Below, in pieces: positions 58,919 through 64,000 of a DNA stretch of 64,000 bases. The translations under genes were made by a program, and so were the position numbers. Each line of letters starts with the position of its first letter. The first letter of the stretch is position 1. Below the pieces are notes generated by a model. That model worked only from the letters and a program-made list of their open reading frames with translations, was not told where the DNA came from and did not search any database. Location of the stretch: assembly GCA_019659125.1 (NCBI GenBank), contig JAIFVX010000002.1:94694-158693 (forward strand), written 5' to 3'. This DNA comes from Candidatus Pacearchaeota archaeon (GTDB lineage: Archaea > Nanobdellota > Nanobdellia > Pacearchaeales > GW2011-AR1).

Positions 58919-59621
58919 AATTTTCCTCCTGTAACCCAAAAACATGCTTGAAATTTGACACCAACTTCTTTTTTACCTGTTCAAGAGGAAGCTTATAGCC
59001 TACAATATCGCTCATGAATATTGGCTGAACTTCACTGGCTGGCCAACCACATGGATCAATGAGATGGAAATAATGCTTATCTTCCCTGTTTACATTTAAA
59101 GAAAATCCATGATGGGTGTAAATATCATCTCCTAACAATGACACCTTTATCCCTTTCGTGCAGAGGACATAATTCTTTCCGGCATTTCTATACCAGGTTG
59201 CTCTATAGGGCTTGTCTGTCGAGGGATTCTGTACATCATAGCGACTAACGGGGATGTCAAAATCACGGGCAGTGAGAATCATCGTCTCTTCAAGCTTTTT
59301 CATGAAATTAAGAATTCCACCATATTCTTTGATGTTCATAATAGTATACCCTATAAGCTGACCTGGCCCTAAGTACGCTGCACCGCCTCCTCTATCACTC
59401 TGGAAAAATTCTATTCCTTTTTGCGCAAGCTCTTCTTGAGTAACGTGCAACTTATTACTCTCCTTATTAGATCCAAAGGTTATCGTCGGTGAGTGCTCCA
59501 CCAGTAGAAGCCTATCTCCTATCTTTCTTTGTTTTCTCTTCTCAAAGAGGTCATGCTGGATTTCAAGCGCTCTGGAATAATTCATAAATCCAATATCTTG
59601 AACAAGAAAATCCAAGCTCAT
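58905..59621 (-). CDS. lipB: Lipoyl(octanoyl)transferase LipB-like, atypical
   Basis: LLLVEH.P..T.G, DRGG...Y.GPGQL.GY, HGFSLN, IDPCG. Confidence 0.78.
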   Translation of the reverse strand: MSLDFLVQDIGFMNYSRALEIQHDLFEKRKQRKIGDRLLLVEHSPTITFGSNKESNKLHVTQEELAQKGIEFFQSDRGGGAAYLGPGQLIGYTIMNIKEYGGILNFMKKLEETMILTARDFDIPVSRYDVQNPSTDKPYRATWYRNAGKNYVLCTKGIKVSLLGDDIYTHHGFSLNVNREDKHYFHLIDPCGWPASEVQPIFMSDIVGYKLPLEQVKKKLVSNFKHVFGLQEENYATA

Positions 59622-60685
59622 GCCACCTCTCCCTTTACGCTTTCCCTTTCTTCTTTCAGGTCAGGAGTAAGCTTGTCATACATGTAGTCAAACATTTCTT
59701 CAGGTTTTATAGGCTGAATGGATTCGAACTTGGTTATGGCATCCTGCACTAACTGCTCAGCTTTTTGCGCAACTTCTTTTTCATATGAATCTGAGAACAT
59801 TTTCTTCTTTACCATATATTTCTTTAGTCTTTCTATAGGGTCCTTGGATTCCCACTTTTTAACCTCATTCTCACTTCGGTATTTCTTAGCATCATCCGAT
59901 GTGGTATGATCTCCCATTCTATACGTAAAACATTCAATAAATGTCGGTCCTTTGCCATTCCGAGCTTTCTTTAACGCATCTTGTACTGCACTATAAACTG
60001 CAAACACATCATTGCCATCAACTTGGATCCCTTCAAATCCATACGCAATCGCTTTCTGCGCCAGGGATTGCGCTGCAGTCTGTTCTTTTACAGGAACAGA
60101 TATGGCATATTGATTATTCTGGCAGATAAATACTGTAGGTGCCTTAAAAACTCCGGCAAAGTTCATAGCTTCATGAAAGTCTCCTTCTGAGGTCGCTCCA
60201 TCTCCAAAATATACAAGGGTAGCTCCTTCCTTCTTATAGAACTTAAACGACATAGCCATACCTACTGCATGAGGCAAGTGACCTCCCACCGTGATCGCAA
60301 CAGGAAACATATTTACGTTTTTTGGTATATCCATGCCCCTTTCATCCCCTGCCCAGTATTGAAATAACTTTTCTAAGGGCATTGCTCGTGTAATGAACAC
60401 TCCATGTTCTCTGAATGCTGGAAATGCCATATCGTGTTCCTGCATCTGGATCGCTGAAGGAATCTGACAGGCTTCCTGTCCCTTCACAGAAGCAAATGTC
60501 CCTATCCTTCCCTGCCTTTGCAATTTTACAGCCTTATCATCAAATGTTCTTGTAAGTATCATGAGTTCATACATTCTTTTTATAATTGCAGGAGAAAGGG
60601 ATGGAATCAACTTTTCATCTGCAATTCCCTGTTCATTTAAAATTTGCAGATAGGGAACCTCAAATTTTTCAATAATTTTCCTCAT
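59618..60685 (-). CDS. pdhA: 2-oxoacid (pyruvate) dehydrogenase E1 alpha
   Basis: LQRQGRIG, GQEA, FGDGATSEG...QNNQYAIS, YRMGDHTTSDD. Confidence 0.93.
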   Translation of the reverse strand: MRKIIEKFEVPYLQILNEQGIADEKLIPSLSPAIIKRMYELMILTRTFDDKAVKLQRQGRIGTFASVKGQEACQIPSAIQMQEHDMAFPAFREHGVFITRAMPLEKLFQYWAGDERGMDIPKNVNMFPVAITVGGHLPHAVGMAMSFKFYKKEGATLVYFGDGATSEGDFHEAMNFAGVFKAPTVFICQNNQYAISVPVKEQTAAQSLAQKAIAYGFEGIQVDGNDVFAVYSAVQDALKKARNGKGPTFIECFTYRMGDHTTSDDAKKYRSENEVKKWESKDPIERLKKYMVKKKMFSDSYEKEVAQKAEQLVQDAITKFESIQPIKPEEMFDYMYDKLTPDLKEERESVKGEVA

Positions 60686-60770
60686 TCTTTCACCTCGGTC
60701 TTTACAATCCCGGGCGATATTTAAACCTTGTCTGAGAAATCTTTAAATAGCCCCCTTTGATGATTTTTTT

Positions 60771-61295
60771 ATGATAACTAAAGAAAGTAGAGACCAACAG
60801 GCAGGTTCTAATCTAGAAGGCTCTCTGAAAGTCATCCGCGACCTTATCGCCAAGCGGGCGTATGAGATAAGCATCTCTGGCACGGGCGGAAGTGAGCTGG
60901 AGAATTGGCTGCGAGCAGAGCGTTCTCTGAACGATAATGTAGGAGTACTAAACTACTATGAACCATTCCAACATGAAATGAGGCGAAAGCTAGAGTTAAA
61001 AGGATACCAGTTAAAATTTTCTACAGAACTCCACTGCGACATTGAAACCAATGATGGTAGATGTATCGGCGACTTAGATTTTGAGTACGAGCATAGTGCT
61101 CATTCTAATGGAAAAGATTGGGATTTATGGCTGAATGGAGAAGAACATCGTGAATCACTACTTCCCGTTATAGAATCTCTAGCTAGGCAAAATAAGGCTA
61201 CTATGAGTGTAACTTACCTATATGAACTACCTCTAGGAGATGGTCGTACAGGTATCAGACATGCACACATGGAGATTACTGATACGGCTAAGTAA
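60771..61295 (+). CDS. Hypothetical protein with an N-terminal DUF2934-like motif
   Basis: IAKRAYEI...ELENWLRAERSL; own TATA (TTTAAATA at 60742). Confidence 0.55.
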   Translation: MITKESRDQQAGSNLEGSLKVIRDLIAKRAYEISISGTGGSELENWLRAERSLNDNVGVLNYYEPFQHEMRRKLELKGYQLKFSTELHCDIETNDGRCIGDLDFEYEHSAHSNGKDWDLWLNGEEHRESLLPVIESLARQNKATMSVTYLYELPLGDGRTGIRHAHMEITDTAK

Positions 61296-61346
61296 TAAGC
61301 GATCTATTTCAATAAGATATTTAAGCATCTTTTAGTTCTTGAAAGA

Positions 61347-61973
61347 ATGAAAGAGGTGTATAATGAGTATAAGGCTGAGCAGTTTTTACGGCGATATCTT
61401 CCTGTTGCGCGATCACAGCTTGTTCATGACAGCACGCAGGTTACTCTTCCCTTGCCTCTTGTCTTAAAGATCATCTCTGATGATGCATTACATAAAAGCG
61501 AGGTTCATGGAGTCAGAGTTGTAAAGACACAGGATGATTTGGAGAGGGAATTTTCAGATTTGATTGAGAATGCGAAGAAAAGAAAGCTAAAGATTGATGG
61601 TATCCTTGTCCAGGAATACTGTTGGGGAACAGAATTGATTATGGGGATAAAGAATGATGAAGTCTTTGGCCATGTCATTGTATTTGGTGTTGGAGGGATA
61701 TTTACCGAGATACTGAAAGATACATCAACACGAAAGTGCCCTATCACTGCTCATGATGCGGATGAGATGATGGAAGAATTGAAAGCGAAGGATATACTGC
61801 ACGGTGCACGAGGAGTAAAAGTAAATAGAGAGTTCTTGAAACATGCGCTTGTGGCTATCTCAAAGATTCCAGGACATCATCCCCACATAGAAGAGCTCGA
61901 CATCAATCCATTCATGGCAGATGAAGAAGGCGGGAAGGTTGTTGATGCTCGAATTGTATTCAATACTAAGTAA
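61347..61973 (+). CDS. acdB: Acetate--CoA ligase (ADP-forming), beta subunit (ATP-grasp)
   Basis: PLVLKIIS...HKSE..GV, LVQE, FG.GGIFTE, ELDINP, VDARI. Confidence 0.9.
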   Translation: MKEVYNEYKAEQFLRRYLPVARSQLVHDSTQVTLPLPLVLKIISDDALHKSEVHGVRVVKTQDDLEREFSDLIENAKKRKLKIDGILVQEYCWGTELIMGIKNDEVFGHVIVFGVGGIFTEILKDTSTRKCPITAHDADEMMEELKAKDILHGARGVKVNREFLKHALVAISKIPGHHPHIEELDINPFMADEEGGKVVDARIVFNTK

Positions 61974-62586
61974 GTTTCTTTAGAGCTTCTTTAGGGTTTT
62001 CTGAGTCGCTAATGAACGATCCCGAGTTAAGAATTGTTGCTCCGGCTCTTTTCAACTTTTTTGCTGTTAGTGGATTAACTCCCCCGTCAATCTGTATAGA
62101 TATCTTTGCAAGTTTCTTCAGTTGTTTTATTTTTGTATATATTGAAGGAAGGAGATGCTGGTGCTCTTTTCCAGGGTGGACTCCCATAAGAAGCACTCCA
62201 TCGATCAATGATATAAAATGAAGAAGATTCTGAACTTTTGTCTCGGGATTTAGCGCAATAAATGCTTTCATCTTGTATGTATGTATTGCTGCAATAAGAT
62301 CCTCTATCGCTCCTGCATTTTTCTGCGATTCATAATGGAATATGATTTTCTTGAAACCTTTATGCCTTAGCTTTCTTATATATGATAGTGGATTGCGTAC
62401 CATGAGATGGGCCTCAGATTCATAGTTATTTAATCGTGGAATGGCGGAAATATTAATCGATTTCGCCTTGACAAATTTTCCATCCATGATATCAACCTGA
62501 AATTTTCTTGATAGTGTTTTTACCTTATTGAATCGCTCATCAAATTCCTTCTTTGATTTTGCGAATACCGTAGGAATGATAATCAT
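61966..62586 (-). CDS. rpe: Ribulose-phosphate 3-epimerase
   Basis: DIMDGKFV, AHLMV, FHYE, LMGVHPG, IDGGV, SGS. Confidence 0.9.
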   Translation of the reverse strand: MIIIPTVFAKSKKEFDERFNKVKTLSRKFQVDIMDGKFVKAKSINISAIPRLNNYESEAHLMVRNPLSYIRKLRHKGFKKIIFHYESQKNAGAIEDLIAAIHTYKMKAFIALNPETKVQNLLHFISLIDGVLLMGVHPGKEHQHLLPSIYTKIKQLKKLAKISIQIDGGVNPLTAKKLKRAGATILNSGSFISDSENPKEALKKLT

Positions 62587-63032
62587 CGTCGCTCATATCG
62601 AGCTATTTTTTGGATCCTTCGTTCGTGCCTTGATTTTTTACTAAATTTGGTGTTTAACCATATTAAAATTATGGATTCGATTTTCTTTAAGGGAAAATTC
62701 CTTCCTCGCAATCCAAGAATGTTCGCATCATTATCCTCCCTAGACATTTTTGCAGAATATGAATCATAAGCAGCCACTGCACGAATTCCAGGGACTTTGT
62801 TTGCAGCAATAGTCATTCCCACTCCTGTGCCACATACCAATATCCCTTTTGCTTCCTTATCCTTGGCCACTTTTTGTGCAACCTTGAATGCATAGTCAGG
62901 ATAGTCATCATGCTTCTCTTCCTGATAGGGACCAAGATCATGATAGGGAATTTTCTTTTTATCAAGGAACTCCTTTACTTTTTTCTTTACATGGAAACCG
63001 GCATGGTCAGATCCTAGAAACACCTCTTTCAT
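62583..63032 (-). CDS. rpiB: Ribose-5-phosphate isomerase B
   Basis: GSDHAG, DYPD, CGTGVG, ANKVPGIRA, RHERR. Start moved to ATG 63032. Confidence 0.93.
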   Translation of the reverse strand: MKEVFLGSDHAGFHVKKKVKEFLDKKKIPYHDLGPYQEEKHDDYPDYAFKVAQKVAKDKEAKGILVCGTGVGMTIAANKVPGIRAVAAYDSYSAKMSREDNDANILGLRGRNFPLKKIESIILIWLNTKFSKKSRHERRIQKIARYERR

Positions 63033-63063
63033 TAAAGATGAAGATGAACGAGATTTATAAGAG

Positions 63064-63417
63064 TTATGGATAGACAAACCCTGCTTTTTGAAGGGGTTGG
63101 GGCTGGTATGCGGGGTCTACCATATCCAATATATCTGCATCATAGCGATCTGCCGTATGACTTATCTTTTGACCAATAAGAATTCCTGAAATTGTGAAGG
63201 CAAGTCGAGGAGAAGTAGTTAAAACATCCTGATTGATTACTCGTACCACTCCTTGCTCTGATGCGTCTCGGTCGACAACTGAATAAAGACCTTTCAAATC
63301 TTGTGAGGGGGTAACCTCTATTTTAGGACGGTGGATGTTTAATTCCCTAATAAACTTTGAAACTTCTTGCGACGACATCCCGCAAATGTTCAATCTGCTA
63401 AAGCTATCATTCGTCAT
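63064..63417 (-). CDS. Hypothetical protein
   Basis: 117-aa ORF filling the gap between tpi and rpiB, with TTTATAAA about 22-29 nt upstream. Confidence 0.5.
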   Translation of the reverse strand: MTNDSFSRLNICGMSSQEVSKFIRELNIHRPKIEVTPSQDLKGLYSVVDRDASEQGVVRVINQDVLTTSPRLAFTISGILIGQKISHTADRYDADILDMVDPAYQPQPLQKAGFVYP

Positions 63418-63449
63418 ATCAATCCATTAAACTCACGTTTTATAAATCT

Positions 63450-64000
63450 TTAGAATAAAGCCGAGACTTCTTTGAGGAACTTCTCGGGATTTTGCGAATG
63501 GGCGACCGCTGAGGCAACAAGAATACCTTTGCAACCAAGCTTTAGTGCTTCCTTGACATCTGCTGCGGAAGTTATTCCTGCGCCGCAAAGAGGGATGATG
63601 TCAGTGCCTTTCAAGACCTCGACAAATTTTAACAGGTCTTTGGGATCATGGGCCGTAATTGGCTTTCCTGTCGCAATCAGCTTTGGATTTTCATATGCTA
63701 TGGCAAATGGATCAAGTTTTTTGAGTTTTTCCGCTTCGGCAATACTGTCAGTACATACGATCAAGCGTAGATTCAACTCTTTGCAACGCTGGATAGTTTT
63801 CTTAATGACTTGAAATGAAATGGGATGTTCTGAATGGTTTAATAGACTGCCTCTGGCTCCTACTGATTGCAGAGCTTCAGGCAATATGAAACCTGTTGCC
63901 CTCTCAGACTCTTGATAATCGACATGCTGAGCATACACGGGAAGTGTTGTGCTCTTTACAATTTCTTTGACATCTGTATGAGGCACGGCAACATGAGCTT
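63450..64000 (-). CDS. tpiA: Triosephosphate isomerase, archaeal type (5' end outside the window)
   Basis: AQHVD, TG, NHSEH, AYENP, CGAGI, VASA; the frame stays open to the window edge. Confidence 0.9.
   Translation of the reverse strand, partial: AHVAVPHTDVKEIVKSTTLPVYAQHVDYQESERATGFILPEALQSVGARGSLLNHSEHPISFQVIKKTIQRCKELNLRLIVCTDSIAEAEKLKKLDPFAIAYENPKLIATGKPITAHDPKDLLKFVEVLKGTDIIPLCGAGITSAADVKEALKLGCKGILVASAVAHSQNPEKFLKEVSALF

Noticed and set aside
201-63813. Short antisense or nested ORFs in the track (e.g. 201..416, 8765..9223, 28634..29098, 49351..49776, 63472..63813)
   Set aside because: They lie within well-supported genes on the opposite strand or in another frame and show no recognisable motifs.
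1-64000. CRISPR array, tRNA/rRNA, integrase or transposase
   Set aside because: Intergenic gaps are nearly all under 150 nt, and I saw no spaced repeats, cloverleaf-like sequence or recombinase motifs. A covariance search was not run.

Overview
Gene-dense archaeal chromosome segment with no rRNA, tRNA, CRISPR array or mobile element that I can see. Archaeal origin is supported by AglB (WWDYG), AglH, split ADP-forming acetyl-CoA synthetase, archaeal-type TPI, an aIF5A-like protein and TATA boxes about 21-33 nt upstream of many start codons. Assignment to DPANN (Pace-/Woesearchaeota-like) is my inference from compactness and gene content. There are three blocks. (1) About 0.8-26.4 kb is a surface glycosylation island: many GT2/GT4, a GT9, a GT-C, methyltransferases, a carbamoyltransferase, RmlD, a flippase, AglH and AglB. 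It contains an odd QueC / 61-aa mini-aIF5A / GT2 / nucleoside deoxyribosyltransferase / GT9 / GT2 sub-cluster. (2) About 27-39.5 kb and 62-64 kb hold pentose phosphate and lower glycolysis genes, plus an operon of a CxxC micropeptide, a His-motif protein, CcdA, an ATP-cone protein and a P-type ATPase. (3) About 39.6-62 kb is the best candidate for an undescribed system: a clustered polyamine/GABA catabolic route with no aminotransferase. It comprises a PuuB-like oxidase, three saccharopine-dehydrogenase-like paralogs, PatD, an Ord-like amine dehydrogenase coupled to SSADH, an orphan SdhA, fumarase/aspartase, malic enzyme, PDH with an atypical LipB, and ACD. All calls come from motif recognition by eye; no database search was run.
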